This document shows positions 29,414 through 40,840 of a stretch of 64,000 bases of DNA, in pieces. This stretch comes from Clostridia bacterium (GTDB lineage: Bacteria > Bacillota > Thermoanaerobacteria > Thermoanaerobacterales > Thermoanaerobacteraceae). The notes below the pieces were generated by a model that saw nothing but the letters and a program-made list of their open reading frames with translations, made no database searches and was not told where the DNA came from. The position numbers and the translations under genes were made by a program. Within the stretch, counting starts at the first letter, position 1, and each line of letters opens with the position of its first letter. The stretch spans positions 12,047 through 76,046 of the forward strand of contig DULG01000088.1 in NCBI GenBank assembly GCA_012840485.1, read 5' to 3'.

Positions 29414-29431
29414 ACTATACAAAAGTATAGT
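29414..29431. promoter_or_regulatory. Perfect palindromic operator copy ACTATACAAAAGTATAGT
   Basis: Reverse complement of the 19010-19027 copy; 62 bp from the 29352 copy. Confidence 0.65.
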
Positions 29432-29439
29432 CTCAAATT

Positions 29440-30237
29440 TTAATCCACATCTACCAGTCCCAACTTAATTGCCTTTATTACTGCCTCTTTAGTGTTTTTT
29501 ACTCCAAGTTTTTCTACTATCTTTCTTTTGTGATATTTCACAGTCACAACCCCTATCCCAAGAGCTTCTGCTATGTCTGATTCTCTGTATCCTTTTGCCT
29601 CTAATTCCAGTATTTTTATCTGGCTGTCATTTAATTTTATCTTTATCTCATTTATCTCTTTTTCTTTTACTATCTTTTCATATTCACTCGCTATTTTTTC
29701 AGCCAGCAGTTTTATTACCATTGATACTTCACTTGTGATTTTTTTGTCAATAGTTGATATATCCACATAGCCTACTATTTCCCCGTTTTCTACTATTATA
29801 GGTGAAGCAATGCAGTGCCATTTTTTAAATATGTAACAGTAGTGTTCCTGAGGTCTTACATACACTACCCTTTTTAATCTCATTGCCATTGAAATCGCAT
29901 TTGTCCCACAGCTTTCTTCTCTAAAGGATATTCCCCGTTCAAAGCCTGAATCTTTTATACATTTTTTCCCTTTTGTACTGCATTTTACATCCATCAAATA
30001 TCCTTCAATATCAGTAAGCAAAAATAGATACTCGCCTTTTACCCACTCCTCTTCTACACTCATATGAAAAGCTTCTATGAGTTCTTTATTTTTATGTACT
30101 TTCTTTTGCAAATCTTCTGGATTTAATATCACCAATGGCAGAGTTATTGAAGTGTCAATACCAATTTCTATACATTGTTTATATGAAAAACTTAGTTCTT
30201 CTTGCGGACATGAAAAATTCATTTTTATACCCTCCAA
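29440..30237 (-). CDS. Transcriptional regulator: AcoR-like GAF domain plus C-terminal LuxR HTH
   Basis: GISFREESCGTNAISMA, HYCYIFKKWHCIASPI (GAF); LNDSQIKILELEAKGYRESDIAEALGIGVVTVKYH..KIVEKLGVKN (LuxR HTH). Confidence 0.9.
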   Translation of the reverse strand: MEGIKMNFSCPQEELSFSYKQCIEIGIDTSITLPLVILNPEDLQKKVHKNKELIEAFHMSVEEEWVKGEYLFLLTDIEGYLMDVKCSTKGKKCIKDSGFERGISFREESCGTNAISMAMRLKRVVYVRPQEHYCYIFKKWHCIASPIIVENGEIVGYVDISTIDKKITSEVSMVIKLLAEKIASEYEKIVKEKEINEIKIKLNDSQIKILELEAKGYRESDIAEALGIGVVTVKYHKRKIVEKLGVKNTKEAVIKAIKLGLVDVD

Positions 30238-30325
30238 AAAGATTGAACCGTTTTTTAATTATTATACAATATTTAGAACAAGATTTGTGAAATAATAGTA
30301 CGATGCACAATAAGGATCGCACATT

Positions 30326-30583
30326 TTACCTATGCCACCACATACCCAGTCCAAAGGACAATAATAAATTGAACATCCCATTACTGGCCATAAGATCTAC
30401 TTGTACAGAATCTGGTTTTACAATATCTTTAGAATTCCTAGAATTTAGTGTTTCAATTAAATACTCCATTAGATCACACCCTTTCGGAATATGCAATCTT
30501 TTTATCAATAGTTGATTACCATATTCCCATTTTTTATTATTATAGGCGAGGTAATAAAAATGAGGAGAATAATCTCCTCCCAT
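30326..30583 (-). CDS. Small hypothetical ORF or remnant
   Basis: 85-aa ORF directly after glgA; no motif recognised. Confidence 0.3.
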   Translation of the reverse strand: MGGDYSPHFYYLAYNNKKWEYGNQLLIKRLHIPKGCDLMEYLIETLNSRNSKDIVKPDSVQVDLMASNGMFNLLLSFGLGMWWHR

Positions 30584-30598
30584 TAATATAACACTGCT

Positions 30599-32035
30599 TT
30601 AATCTATCAACAAGCTTTCATAAAGCAAAAGATATTCTGTAGCTGAAGCATTCCAGCTGTGGTCTACTTCCATAGCCTGCCTTACTATGCTATTCCACCT
30701 ATCCTTATCTTTATATATTGACAGAGCATACTCTATTACATGAAGCATATCGTGGGCATTGTAGTTTGTAAATGAGAAACCATTCCCTTCGCCAGTGTAC
30801 TCATTATAGGGAGTCACTGTATCTTTAAGTCCTCCCGTTTCTCTTACAATTGGAAGACTTCCATACCTCTGGGCTACCTGCTGGCTTATGCCACAGGGTT
30901 CAAATAAAGAAGGCATTAAAAACATATCCGATGATGCGTATATCTTTTTGGCCATAGAGTCACTAAAATCAATTATTGCAGCCATTTGAGAGGAATATTT
31001 AATAGCAAAGTTTTTAAAAGAATCTTCATAATTCTTTTCTCCTGTGCCAAGAACAAGAAACTGGGCTCCTGTGCGCAGAATATCCTCTAATACGGCGAGT
31101 ACCAAATCAATTCCCTTCTGGCTGGTAAGCCTTGATACAAGCCCTATTAAAGGTATATCCTCTCCTATTTCGAGTTTTAAATCTTTCTGAAGCATCACTT
31201 TGTTTTGCCTCTTCTTATCAAAAGAATTTATGTCATAATTTATATATATGTCTTTATCCGTTTTAGGGTTATAAAAATCATAGTCGATTCCATTGACTAT
31301 TCCCACTAATTTGTCTCCTATTCCTTCCAGCAGTCCATGAAGGCCTTCCCCGTAAAAAGGAGTTTTTATCTCTTCTGCATAAGTCTTGCTGACAGTCGTC
31401 ACTTTGTCAGAGTATATGATTCCGCCCTTCATAAAAGAAATTCCATCATAGTATTTAAGTTTATCCTCTGCATAATATTCGTCTCCCAGAGACAGGAGAT
31501 CTCCCAAAACTATCTTAGAAAATACTCCCTGAAATTTTAAGTTATGTATGGTAAATACTGTTTTTATTTTTCTATGCACATCGCTCTCGCTGTAGTGAGC
31601 CTTTAAAAGAACGGGAACAATGCCTGTGTGCCAGTCATTACAATGGATTATATCTGGCTTAAAGTCTTTCAAATAATATATAGATTCTAAAATAGCCCTA
31701 CTAAAATAGGCAAATCTTTCTCCATCGTCATAATATCCGTAGTATTGATGCCTCTTAAAATAATATTCATTGTCCAAAAGATAATAAGGAATTCCTTCAA
31801 ATTCTACATATTCAATTCCACAATATTGATTTCTCCATCCCACAGGCACTATAAAATTTGCAATGTGTTTTGCTTGAGCCATGTACTCCGAAGGTATTTG
31901 CCCATATTTAGGAAGCATAACTCTTACGTCCACACCCAATTTTCTCAGCACCTTTGGCAAAGAATAAGCAACATCCGAAAGACCTCCTACCCTTGCAAAA
32001 GGATAGGCTTCAGAAGCCACAAACAGTATTTTCAT
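30599..32035 (-). CDS. glgA: Glycogen synthase
   Basis: MKILFVASEAYPF..GGL.DV, HCNDWHTG, PSLFEPCGISQ, ETGGLKDTV. Confidence 0.97.
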   Translation of the reverse strand: MKILFVASEAYPFARVGGLSDVAYSLPKVLRKLGVDVRVMLPKYGQIPSEYMAQAKHIANFIVPVGWRNQYCGIEYVEFEGIPYYLLDNEYYFKRHQYYGYYDDGERFAYFSRAILESIYYLKDFKPDIIHCNDWHTGIVPVLLKAHYSESDVHRKIKTVFTIHNLKFQGVFSKIVLGDLLSLGDEYYAEDKLKYYDGISFMKGGIIYSDKVTTVSKTYAEEIKTPFYGEGLHGLLEGIGDKLVGIVNGIDYDFYNPKTDKDIYINYDINSFDKKRQNKVMLQKDLKLEIGEDIPLIGLVSRLTSQKGIDLVLAVLEDILRTGAQFLVLGTGEKNYEDSFKNFAIKYSSQMAAIIDFSDSMAKKIYASSDMFLMPSLFEPCGISQQVAQRYGSLPIVRETGGLKDTVTPYNEYTGEGNGFSFTNYNAHDMLHVIEYALSIYKDKDRWNSIVRQAMEVDHSWNASATEYLLLYESLLID

Positions 32036-33177
32036 CTTTTAATTTCTCCTGCCTTTCTAAGCAAATTTTCAACTATTTCACCTTTCTCTATAACAACAGG
32101 AAACTTTTTATCCCCAATTAATCTCTTCCCTTCTTCTATTATTACATTTTTATCCAGTATAACATTTTTCAAAAATGTTCCTTTTTCGATTATGCAATTT
32201 GAAAACACTATAGAATCCTCCACAACTGCCCCTTCTTTTATCTCCACTCCCCTTGAGATTATGCTGTTTTTAACCCGCCCTTTTATGAGGCAGCCGTTTG
32301 AAATAAGAGAATTTTCCACCTCACATCCTTCGTAATATTTTGTAGGAGGTGAGTCATTTGTTTTTGTATAAATTTTACCTTTTTCGAAAAACAGCTCCCT
32401 TCTTACCCTCAAGTCCAATATATCCATTGAAGTTAAGTAATAGCTTCTAACCGAGTTTATAAAGCTCAAATAGCCTTTATATTCGTACGCTCTTACTTTT
32501 AATTTATCTAAACTGTCATATATACATTCTTTAAAAGAATTATATTTACTCTTCTCTATAGCCCTGTAAATAAAGTCTATTAAAAGTTCTTTCTTTAATA
32601 TGAATGTTTCCATCGAGATATTTACACTTGCATTAAGCCCTAAAAGTCTTCCTACACTTAAGACTTCATTCCCTTTATCTAAATTAAGCACATCACAGTT
32701 TAAAAATCTTCCTTCACTATCATTTACTTTTTTATACAAAACCGTAATATCATTTCCCATCTCTTCATGATATCTGGCAACTTCATTGAAATCAATTTTG
32801 TATATCATCCTGGAAGAAGCGAGTATTATGTGGTCACCAGAACTTCTGTAAAAAAACTCCATATTATTTTTTAAAAGTTTTGCATCGCTTATAGGCGGAT
32901 TTTCTAACGAATAATTAAATATAAACAAGCCTCCGTTTTTTCTATTTAAATCCCAGGGTTTGCCTGTACCTAAATGGTCAACTAAAGAGCGAGAGTGGGT
33001 CTGCCCAAAAATCCCTACAGTTTTTACACCGGCATTTACAAGATTTGAAAGTATAAAATCTATCACACGGTATCTTCCAAAAATTATAACAGAAGCAAGG
33101 GGCCTATTTACTGTAAGACTTTTTAAATTGCCCTCTTCTTCATTTAAATTTAACACACCTATATAGTTGACAAGCAT
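32032..33177 (-). CDS. glgD: Glucose-1-phosphate adenylyltransferase subunit GlgD
   Basis: RPLASVIIFGRYRVIDFILSN; between glgC and glgA. Confidence 0.93.
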   Translation of the reverse strand: MLVNYIGVLNLNEEEGNLKSLTVNRPLASVIIFGRYRVIDFILSNLVNAGVKTVGIFGQTHSRSLVDHLGTGKPWDLNRKNGGLFIFNYSLENPPISDAKLLKNNMEFFYRSSGDHIILASSRMIYKIDFNEVARYHEEMGNDITVLYKKVNDSEGRFLNCDVLNLDKGNEVLSVGRLLGLNASVNISMETFILKKELLIDFIYRAIEKSKYNSFKECIYDSLDKLKVRAYEYKGYLSFINSVRSYYLTSMDILDLRVRRELFFEKGKIYTKTNDSPPTKYYEGCEVENSLISNGCLIKGRVKNSIISRGVEIKEGAVVEDSIVFSNCIIEKGTFLKNVILDKNVIIEEGKRLIGDKKFPVVIEKGEIVENLLRKAGEIKR

Positions 33178-33201
33178 AAAATTCTCCTCCCCTCAGTTAT
33201 T

Positions 33202-34374
33202 TTAATTCACACTTCCTGTTACAATTTCCCCTTCCCTCACAACGGTTATTTCTTTGCCATCTCCTACAACGCTCCCTCTTTTCACAACCACTTTAGGCCC
33301 AATTATGCTTTTTATGACTTTTGCTCCATCTTCAATCACTGCATCAGACATAATGATAGAATCTATTATCTCCGCTTTTTCTCCCACAACTACCCCATAA
33401 GACAGAATCGAATTGGAAACAGTTCCAAAGACTATGCATCCTTCCACTATCAGGGAATTTGAAATATTTGCAGAGGGACCAATATACTGAGGAGGATATG
33501 CAAAAGAAACACTGTAAATTTTCCAACTTCCGTCAAAGAGTCTTAATTCTTCTTCTTTTGGAGAGTATGGGTCCTCTTTTATTAGGTCCATGCTTGCCTC
33601 CCAATAGCTATTTATTGTACCCACGTCTTTCCAGTATCCATTAAAGACATAGGCATACATTTTATACCCTTTTTTAAGCATTTTGGGAATTATGTCTTTA
33701 CCAAAGTCATGGGAAGAATTTTCGTCTCGAGCATCTTCCATCAAAACTTCTTTCAACTTATCCCATTTAAAAATGTATATTCCCATCGAAGCCAATGTGC
33801 TTTTAGGTTTTTTTGGCTTTTCTTCAAATTCATATATCTTATAGTCTTCATAAGTATTCATTATTCCAAATCGCGAAGCTTCTTCTATCGGCACTTTTGT
33901 AACAGCAATTGTGGCGTCAGCATTCTTTTGCTTGTGAAATTTAAGCATTTTTAGATAATCCATTTTATACACATGGTCCCCGGAGAGAATCAGTAAATTT
34001 TCGGGAGAATATTTTTCAACGAAATTTATATTTTTAAGCACTGCATCGGCAGTTCCGCTATACCATTTGCCACCCCTTTCTTCAGTATAGGGAGGAAGTA
34101 TTGTAACACCTCCGTTGACCCTGTCCAAATCCCAGGCGCTGCCTATACCTATATGAGAGTGAAGTATAAGGGGTTGATACTGAGTCAAAACTCCTACCAC
34201 TTCTATAGAAGAATTAGAACAATTACTTAAAGTAAAATCGATTATACGGTATTTCCCTCCAAACTCTACTGCAGGTTTTGCATTTGTTTTCGTCAGCAAT
34301 TCAAGTCTGCTGCCCTGCCCCCCTGCAAGAATTAATGCAATAATCTCCCTTTCCATAAAAATCACCTCACTCAT
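33202..34374 (-). CDS. glgC: Glucose-1-phosphate adenylyltransferase
   Basis: [44 protein letters not shown]. Confidence 0.97.
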   Translation of the reverse strand: MSEVIFMEREIIALILAGGQGSRLELLTKTNAKPAVEFGGKYRIIDFTLSNCSNSSIEVVGVLTQYQPLILHSHIGIGSAWDLDRVNGGVTILPPYTEERGGKWYSGTADAVLKNINFVEKYSPENLLILSGDHVYKMDYLKMLKFHKQKNADATIAVTKVPIEEASRFGIMNTYEDYKIYEFEEKPKKPKSTLASMGIYIFKWDKLKEVLMEDARDENSSHDFGKDIIPKMLKKGYKMYAYVFNGYWKDVGTINSYWEASMDLIKEDPYSPKEEELRLFDGSWKIYSVSFAYPPQYIGPSANISNSLIVEGCIVFGTVSNSILSYGVVVGEKAEIIDSIIMSDAVIEDGAKVIKSIIGPKVVVKRGSVVGDGKEITVVREGEIVTGSVN

Positions 34375-36247
34375 ATTGTGGTTTTAATATCACTGCGGAA
34401 AGACGAGGCAATTTTATTTGTATGCTGTAAGGCTTGCCGTGTATTCCTATTTTTTCAGCTTCAATGAGATTTTCGTTCAGAAAGCCTTCCCCTCCGTATT
34501 TTGTATCATCGCTATTCAAAATCTCTTTATACAAAGAATATTCAGGCACACCTATTCTGTAGACGGGATAAGATAACTTACTGAAATTGCACACCACCAC
34601 CAAAAAATCTTTTTTGTCCTTTGCAAATCTTATATAAGAGATAATACTCTGCTCACTATTGTTAACATCAATCCAGAGAAAGCCCTCCTCAGAATGGTCC
34701 ATTTCATAAAGACTTTTATTAGAAAGATATATTTTATTCAAATCTTTTACATATTCCTGCAGGTTTTTGTGCATTGGATAATCAAGTAAAAACCAATCCA
34801 GTTCTTTTTTAAAGTCCCATTCTATAAATTGCCCAAATTCTCCCCCCATAAAAAGCAGCTTCTTTCCCGGATGAGTCATCATATAGCCGTACAAAGTCCT
34901 AAGATTTAGAAATTTTTCTTCATAAGTGCCAGGCATCTTATCAAGCAAAGATTTTTTCCCGTGCACCACTTCATCATGTGATAAAGGTAAAATAAAATTT
35001 TCTGAATAAGTGTACATAATAGAAAAGGTCAGAAGATTATGATTCCACTTCCTTTTTTCAGGAGGTAATGCCATATACCTTAAAGTGTCATTCATCCAAC
35101 CCATGTCCCATTTGTAATTGAAACCAAGCCCTCCATCATAATCAGGGTAAGTAACTAAAGGATATGCACTTGATTCTTCCGCCACCATCAAAGGATTGGG
35201 AAAATTGGTGAAGATAAGTCTATTTAAATCCCTGAGAAAAGAAACCACCTGGTCATGAACTTCCTGCCTTCCAGAACGGCTATGAAGGTAGAGCATATTA
35301 GAAATGGCGTCACATCTTAAACCGTCAATGTGGTATTCTTTAAACCAGAAATAAGCATTTGAAAGTAGAAAGCTTTTTACACCCGGCTTTGACACATCAA
35401 AGTTTGCTGTCCCCCAATAATCATTTCCTCTTATAAAAGAGTCTTCATACTCGTAAAGGTGTGTTCCATCAAAATTGTAAAGGCCATGCTCATCCTTGCA
35501 AAAATGCCCCGGAACCCAGTCCATAATCACTCCAATGCCATGTTGATGCAGTCTATCGACAAAATACATAAAATCCTCAGGAGTGCCAAAGCGACTTGTT
35601 ACAGAATAATAGCCTGTTATTTGATACCCCCAGGACATATCCAGAGGATGTTCCATTAAAGGCAGCAATTCCACATAAGTATATCCCATTTCCTTCATAT
35701 AAGGCACAAGTAAATCAGCAATTTCTCTATAGTTTAGCAACTCTCCATTTTCTTTTCTTTTCCAAGACCCCAAATGAATCTCATAAATACTTATAGGTAT
35801 TTCAAAAATATTTTTGTTTTTCCTCTTTACCATCCAATCCTCATCGTGCCATTGATACTCGGGTAAATTTTTTACGATAGAAGCAGTATTAGGTCTTACT
35901 TCCGAAAAAATAGCATAAGGATCTGCCTTCAAAATCTTTTTACCGTCTCTTGTATGGATCTCGTATTTATAAAGTTCTCCTTCCCTTAACCCTTCTATAA
36001 AAATCCACCACAATCCTGAATCTTTCACTTTAAGCATCATATGATTTTTTGCATCCCAATTATTAAAATCGCCAGCAACTCCCACCCTAATCGCCTTAGG
36101 CGCCCAGACGCAAAATACAGTTCCCTCTTTTCCCCTGTAATTCATAAATCTACTTCCTAAAAAAGTATAAGCCCCGAAATGTTCCCCTTTTAAGAATTTT
36201 CTGATATCTGAAAGATAGAGAGTTGACTTTTTATACTGGACTGCCAT
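34367..36247 (-). CDS. glgB: 1,4-alpha-glucan branching enzyme
   Basis: [45 protein letters not shown]; likely start ATG 36247. Confidence 0.97.
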   Translation of the reverse strand: MAVQYKKSTLYLSDIRKFLKGEHFGAYTFLGSRFMNYRGKEGTVFCVWAPKAIRVGVAGDFNNWDAKNHMMLKVKDSGLWWIFIEGLREGELYKYEIHTRDGKKILKADPYAIFSEVRPNTASIVKNLPEYQWHDEDWMVKRKNKNIFEIPISIYEIHLGSWKRKENGELLNYREIADLLVPYMKEMGYTYVELLPLMEHPLDMSWGYQITGYYSVTSRFGTPEDFMYFVDRLHQHGIGVIMDWVPGHFCKDEHGLYNFDGTHLYEYEDSFIRGNDYWGTANFDVSKPGVKSFLLSNAYFWFKEYHIDGLRCDAISNMLYLHSRSGRQEVHDQVVSFLRDLNRLIFTNFPNPLMVAEESSAYPLVTYPDYDGGLGFNYKWDMGWMNDTLRYMALPPEKRKWNHNLLTFSIMYTYSENFILPLSHDEVVHGKKSLLDKMPGTYEEKFLNLRTLYGYMMTHPGKKLLFMGGEFGQFIEWDFKKELDWFLLDYPMHKNLQEYVKDLNKIYLSNKSLYEMDHSEEGFLWIDVNNSEQSIISYIRFAKDKKDFLVVVCNFSKLSYPVYRIGVPEYSLYKEILNSDDTKYGGEGFLNENLIEAEKIGIHGKPYSIQIKLPRLSAVILKPQYE

Positions 36248-36573
36248 TTTGAAAACACCCCTTTTTATATATATATTCTTTAGGGGAAAAATCAAAGAAC
36301 TGAAAAGGAAATGAAAAAACAAAGATAAGATTTATAAAATCTAGAATAAATATATCTTTACCTTTAGTATAGCATTTCCCACAATTTTGTTCAAGAAAAT
36401 TTTGACTGAAATTTGTAAAGTTTTGTATTATAATATTTCTAAAGACAATGTTTCTTTTAGAAGGGTAATTATTTTCTTTTACAACAAAAAGTAATTTCCG
36501 CTCTCCTTTTGCCTTTTTAAAAGAATAAAGAGAAAGAAAAAACATATGATGAAAGAAGAAAGGAGAATTTGTA

Positions 36574-38451
36574 ATGTACAAAAACTTTGAAGAATATCCG
36601 GTGTATAACGGAGATGACCTGGGATACACATTTAATCCCTTTTCCTCGAAATTCAGACTATGGACTCCAACCGCAGAAAAAGTATATTTATGTCTTTTTA
36701 AAGGGGATGAAAAAAGGGAAATAGAAATGAAAAGAAGTGAAGGGGGTACATGGGTTGTTGAAATAAAAGAAAATCTTAAAAATACTCTTTATACATACAA
36801 AATCCTGAGGAAGGGCGAACTCATCGAAACTGTAGACCCTTATGCAAAGGCTTTAACAGCAAATGGAACACACGGTGTAGTAATTGACCTTAAAGATACA
36901 GACCCTCCCGGATGGTCAGAAGATGTAAAGCCCCCTTTCGATGACCCTATTGACGCTGTAATATATGAACTTCATGTCAGAGATTTTTCTTCTCACAAAA
37001 ACTCTTGTATCAAAAATAAAGGCAAATACCTCGCTTTTACAGAAAAAGGTACAAATTATAAAGAGGTGAAAACCGGTCTTGACCACCTGGTAGAATTGGG
37101 CATAACTCATGTTCACCTTCTTCCCATTCAGGACTTTGCAAGTGTAGATGAATTAAAGGGAGGATACAACTGGGGGTATGACCCTTATCACTACTTTGTC
37201 CCAGAAGGAAGCTATGCTATAGACCCCAAAGACCCTATCTCTCGAATAAAAGAAGTAAAAGAAATGATACTCTCTCTTCACAGAGCAGGAATACGGTTGG
37301 TTATGGATGTAGTCTATAATCACACTTATACTATCCTCAATTCTATTTTTGACAAAGTCGAACCAGGATATTTTTACAGACATAACCCTGATGGCAGTTA
37401 TTCCAACGGTTCTGGCTGTGGAAATGAAACTGCATCTGAAAAACCCATGGTAAAAAAATTAATAATAGATTCATTGAAATACTGGGTAAAAGAATACCAT
37501 GTAGATGGTTTTAGGTTTGACTTAATGGGACTTCATGATATAGATGCAATGAAAGAAATAGAAAAAACTTTACATTCTATAGAGCCTTCTTTGCTCTTAT
37601 ACGGGGAACCGTGGACAGCGGGTCCTTCAATCTTGCCTGTAGAAAAGCAATTTTTAAAAGGGGCTCAAAAAGGCACACGAATAGCCGTATTTAATGACAA
37701 TTTCAGAAATGCGATAAAGGGATTCCCCGACGACGAATCCAAGGGCTTTGCCACGGGAAAGAAAAATGCCGAAAAAGATATTATGAGAGGAGTAGTAGGT
37801 TCAATAGAATATTCTGCTGAAATTAAAGATTTTACACTAAATCCGCAGGAGACTGTAAACTACGTCTCATGCCATGATAATCTGACTTTATGGGACAAAA
37901 TTTCAAAAAGTAATCCAGAAGCCACAGAAGAAGAAAAAATACTTATGGATAAGCTTGCTACTATGATAATACTTACCAGTCAAGGTATCCCTTTTATACA
38001 TGCTGGAGAAGAATTTTTAAGAACAAAAAAGGGGAACAATAATAGTTTCAACGCAGGAGATGAAATAAATCAGCTGGAATGGCCGAGAAAACTTATATAC
38101 AAAGAAGTATTTGAATATTATCAGGGCTTAATAAAGCTAAGAAAAGAACATCCTTCCTTTAGGATGCAAACAGGAGAAGAAATAAAATCAAAACTTCATT
38201 TTATAAAATCCCCAAAAAATACAATTGCTTTCTTAATCTCAGATAATATCAACAACGACCCCTGGGAAAAAATTACTGTAATCTACAATCCAACAAAATC
38301 TAAAGTTGAGGTAAAACTTCCCCAAGGGAATTGGAAGGTGGTTGTTGACAATAAAAAAGCTGGAATTCTCCCCATAGAAAAAGGCGATTGGACACTTTCT
38401 GGCAATACTCTTACAGTACCTCCACTTTCTGGGATGGTTCTTTTTAGCTAA
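36574..38451 (+). CDS. pulA: Type I pullulanase (GH13 debranching enzyme)
   Basis: YNWGYDP, DVVYNHT, DGFRFDLMG, YGEPW, CHDN. Confidence 0.95.
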   Translation: MYKNFEEYPVYNGDDLGYTFNPFSSKFRLWTPTAEKVYLCLFKGDEKREIEMKRSEGGTWVVEIKENLKNTLYTYKILRKGELIETVDPYAKALTANGTHGVVIDLKDTDPPGWSEDVKPPFDDPIDAVIYELHVRDFSSHKNSCIKNKGKYLAFTEKGTNYKEVKTGLDHLVELGITHVHLLPIQDFASVDELKGGYNWGYDPYHYFVPEGSYAIDPKDPISRIKEVKEMILSLHRAGIRLVMDVVYNHTYTILNSIFDKVEPGYFYRHNPDGSYSNGSGCGNETASEKPMVKKLIIDSLKYWVKEYHVDGFRFDLMGLHDIDAMKEIEKTLHSIEPSLLLYGEPWTAGPSILPVEKQFLKGAQKGTRIAVFNDNFRNAIKGFPDDESKGFATGKKNAEKDIMRGVVGSIEYSAEIKDFTLNPQETVNYVSCHDNLTLWDKISKSNPEATEEEKILMDKLATMIILTSQGIPFIHAGEEFLRTKKGNNNSFNAGDEINQLEWPRKLIYKEVFEYYQGLIKLRKEHPSFRMQTGEEIKSKLHFIKSPKNTIAFLISDNINNDPWEKITVIYNPTKSKVEVKLPQGNWKVVVDNKKAGILPIEKGDWTLSGNTLTVPPLSGMVLFS

Positions 38452-38460
38452 AAAGACAAA

Positions 38461-38480
38461 GGGGACGGTTCCTCTTGTCT
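38461..38480. repeat. GGGGACGGTTCCTCTTGTCT, REP-like unit
   Basis: Matches the family consensus; directly after the pulA stop. Confidence 0.75.
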
Positions 38481-38632
38481 GTTCTGTATTTAGGTCAAGT
38501 TGTGAAGGCTCAATTAATAGATATTGCAAAAATTCCTTATATTCTATATAATAGAATCAAGTTGTGATAAAAAATCGCAATAAAATATTTTAAAAATTTT
38601 ATTGTTACATTTCAAACAAAGGGGAGAAGAAA

Positions 38633-39844
38633 ATGGCACAAAAAATTGAGATGAAGGTTCCTATTGTTGAAATGGACGGGGACGAAATGACAAGAATAAT
38701 ATGGAAATTGATAAAAGAAATACTCTTAGAGCCCTATATAGACCTTAAAACGGAATATTATGACCTTGGAATTAAAAACAGAGACGAAACTAATGACCAG
38801 GTCACAGTTGATGCAGCATACGCAATAAAAAAATACGGAGTCGGGGTAAAATGCGCCACAATCACTCCAAATGCAGAAAGGGTCAAAGAATACAATCTCA
38901 AAAAAATGTGGAAAAGCCCTAATGGTACAATCAGAGCAATACTTGATGGCACAGTTTTTCGCACACCTATTATTGTAGAAAGTATCAAACCTCTCGTAAA
39001 AACATGGAAAAAACCCATTACAATTGCGAGACATGCCTATGGGGATATTTACAAAGACGTAGAATACAGAGTTGGAGAAAAAGGCAAAGCAGAACTTGTA
39101 TTTACTTCTGAAAAAGGAGAAGTGTCAAGGCAGACAATACATGAATTTGAAGGTCCTGGAGTTATACTCGGTATGCACAATACTGATGCATCAATAAAAA
39201 GTTTTGCAAAAGCATGTTTTAACTATGCCTTAGACATAAAGCAGGATTTGTGGTTTGCGACTAAAGACACCATATCAAAAGTATATGACCACAGATTTAA
39301 AGACATATTCCAGGAAATATATGAAAATGAATATAAAGAAAAATTCGAGGAAGCAGAAATTGAATATTTCTATACCCTTATTGACGATGCCATAGCTAGA
39401 ATTGTAAGGTCTGAAGGTGGAATGATATGGGCATGCAAAAATTATGACGGCGATGTAATGTCAGATATGGTAGCAACAGCATTTGGAAGCCTCGCCATGA
39501 TGACTTCTGTACTGGTATCTCCTGATGGTAAATACGAATTTGAAGCGGCTCATGGAACAGTTACAAGGCACTATTATAAATACCTTAAAGGAGAAGAAAC
39601 TTCTACAAATTCTATTGCTACAATTTTCGCATGGACAGGTGCTTTGAAAAAAAGAGGAGAACTTGACGGAATAGATTCTCTTGTTGATTTTGGAGATAAG
39701 CTTGAAAAAGCATCCCTCAAGACAATTGAAAAAGGAATAATGACGAAAGACTTAGCTATGCTATCTGACTTGCCAAATAAAACTGTCGTAAATACAGAAA
39801 ATTTTCTAATGGAAATCAAAAATACTCTAGAAGAAATACTATAA
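38633..39844 (+). CDS. icd: NADP-dependent isocitrate dehydrogenase
   Basis: [47 protein letters not shown]. Confidence 0.97.
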   Translation: MAQKIEMKVPIVEMDGDEMTRIIWKLIKEILLEPYIDLKTEYYDLGIKNRDETNDQVTVDAAYAIKKYGVGVKCATITPNAERVKEYNLKKMWKSPNGTIRAILDGTVFRTPIIVESIKPLVKTWKKPITIARHAYGDIYKDVEYRVGEKGKAELVFTSEKGEVSRQTIHEFEGPGVILGMHNTDASIKSFAKACFNYALDIKQDLWFATKDTISKVYDHRFKDIFQEIYENEYKEKFEEAEIEYFYTLIDDAIARIVRSEGGMIWACKNYDGDVMSDMVATAFGSLAMMTSVLVSPDGKYEFEAAHGTVTRHYYKYLKGEETSTNSIATIFAWTGALKKRGELDGIDSLVDFGDKLEKASLKTIEKGIMTKDLAMLSDLPNKTVVNTENFLMEIKNTLEEIL

Positions 39845-39850
39845 AAACAT

Positions 39851-39933
39851 AGAGGAACCATCTATTCACTTTCAAACAGTAAGGATGGTTCCTTTTGTGG
39901 GGACTCAAACACCGGGGACGGTTCTTTTTGTTT
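39851..39933. repeat. Cluster of degenerate REP-like units and a hairpin between convergent icd and the ABC remnant
   Basis: AGGAACCATC / GATGGTTCCT arms; GGGGACGGTTCTTTTTGTTT at 39914. Confidence 0.65.
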
Positions 39934-39939
39934 GAAAAA

Positions 39940-40265
39940 TTATCCCCCAGCACTTTGATATTTCTTAAGCCCTATATTCCAAAAAGTATATGCTATTACA
40001 AAAGCTATAATTGCCACTAGCGGACTTAATAAAGCAAAAGTTTTATAAATTTTTTTATCAAGAAGGTACAAGGCAGGATAAAAACTTGTAAATGCAAAAG
40101 GCACAATCCAAGTTATTAATATTTGTATAGCTTTATGGTATATCGTTATAGGATATTTTGCAAACTCGCTTAAATGAGGTACCATCACCATAGTACTCAT
40201 TATGTCTATAAACCAAAAAGCTATAGTAGCCATAAAGAGGTTTATGGAAAAATATATAATAGTTC
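39940..40265 (-). pseudogene. 3' fragment of an ABC-2 (DUF990-type) permease
   Basis: IAFWF..EFAKYPITIY..TWIVPFAFTSFYPA..GLKKYQSAGG; no N-terminus. Confidence 0.75.
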
Positions 40266-40765
40266 ATAGTACCACTGGGCTTTTTGTCTCAGGATATCAA
40301 TATCTTCAAGGTACCCATAGTGATGTATATAAATTCCTTTTATTTCTGGCACGCACCCTATACGTTGAAGTGCGTAATTAACCGTCTCATGGATATCTTT
40401 TTCATATCTCACATTGAAATCTCGAACAAAAAATTTAGTGACAGGAAATGAAGACCAGCGGATAATAATTTTGTACTAATAAAGCATAACCTTTACATTT
40501 TCCCTCCTGTGCTAATCCCCTTAATTTCTGACCATAATAACAAGAAAGAGCTTCATCAGTATCAATAGATAATATCCAGTCTCCTGTAGCATGTCAATAG
40601 CAAAATTTTTAGCATCTTTATAACTAAAACTCTCATAAGGATAATTATATACTTTTGCACCTAATTTAGATGCCATAATAGCAGTAGCATCAATTGATCC
40701 TGTATCAACAACTATAATTTCATCAACAAATCGTTTAACATTCTCAATACAACGAATTATTTTTT
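40242..40765 (-). pseudogene. Glycosyltransferase family 2 remnant
   Basis: Manual translation: VDEIIVVDTGSIDAT..LGAKV..KNFAI, frameshift, ATGDWILSIDTDE, later YEKDIHE..IHHYGYL. Confidence 0.8.
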
Positions 40766-40840
40766 AAAAAAGAAGGATTTTATTAAGAAATATAGAAATA
40801 ATATATTGTAACAAAAATGTGTTTTGGAGGAGATATAGAA

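Noticed and set aside
30599-38451. glgBCDA divergent from a pullulanase, with no glgP in the run
   Set aside because: Ordinary clostridial glycogen locus; glgP may lie elsewhere.
40370-40430. GTGCG-containing stretch first read as a group II intron 5' end
   Set aside because: Fully explained by the GT2 reading frame (YEKDIHE..QRIGCVP).
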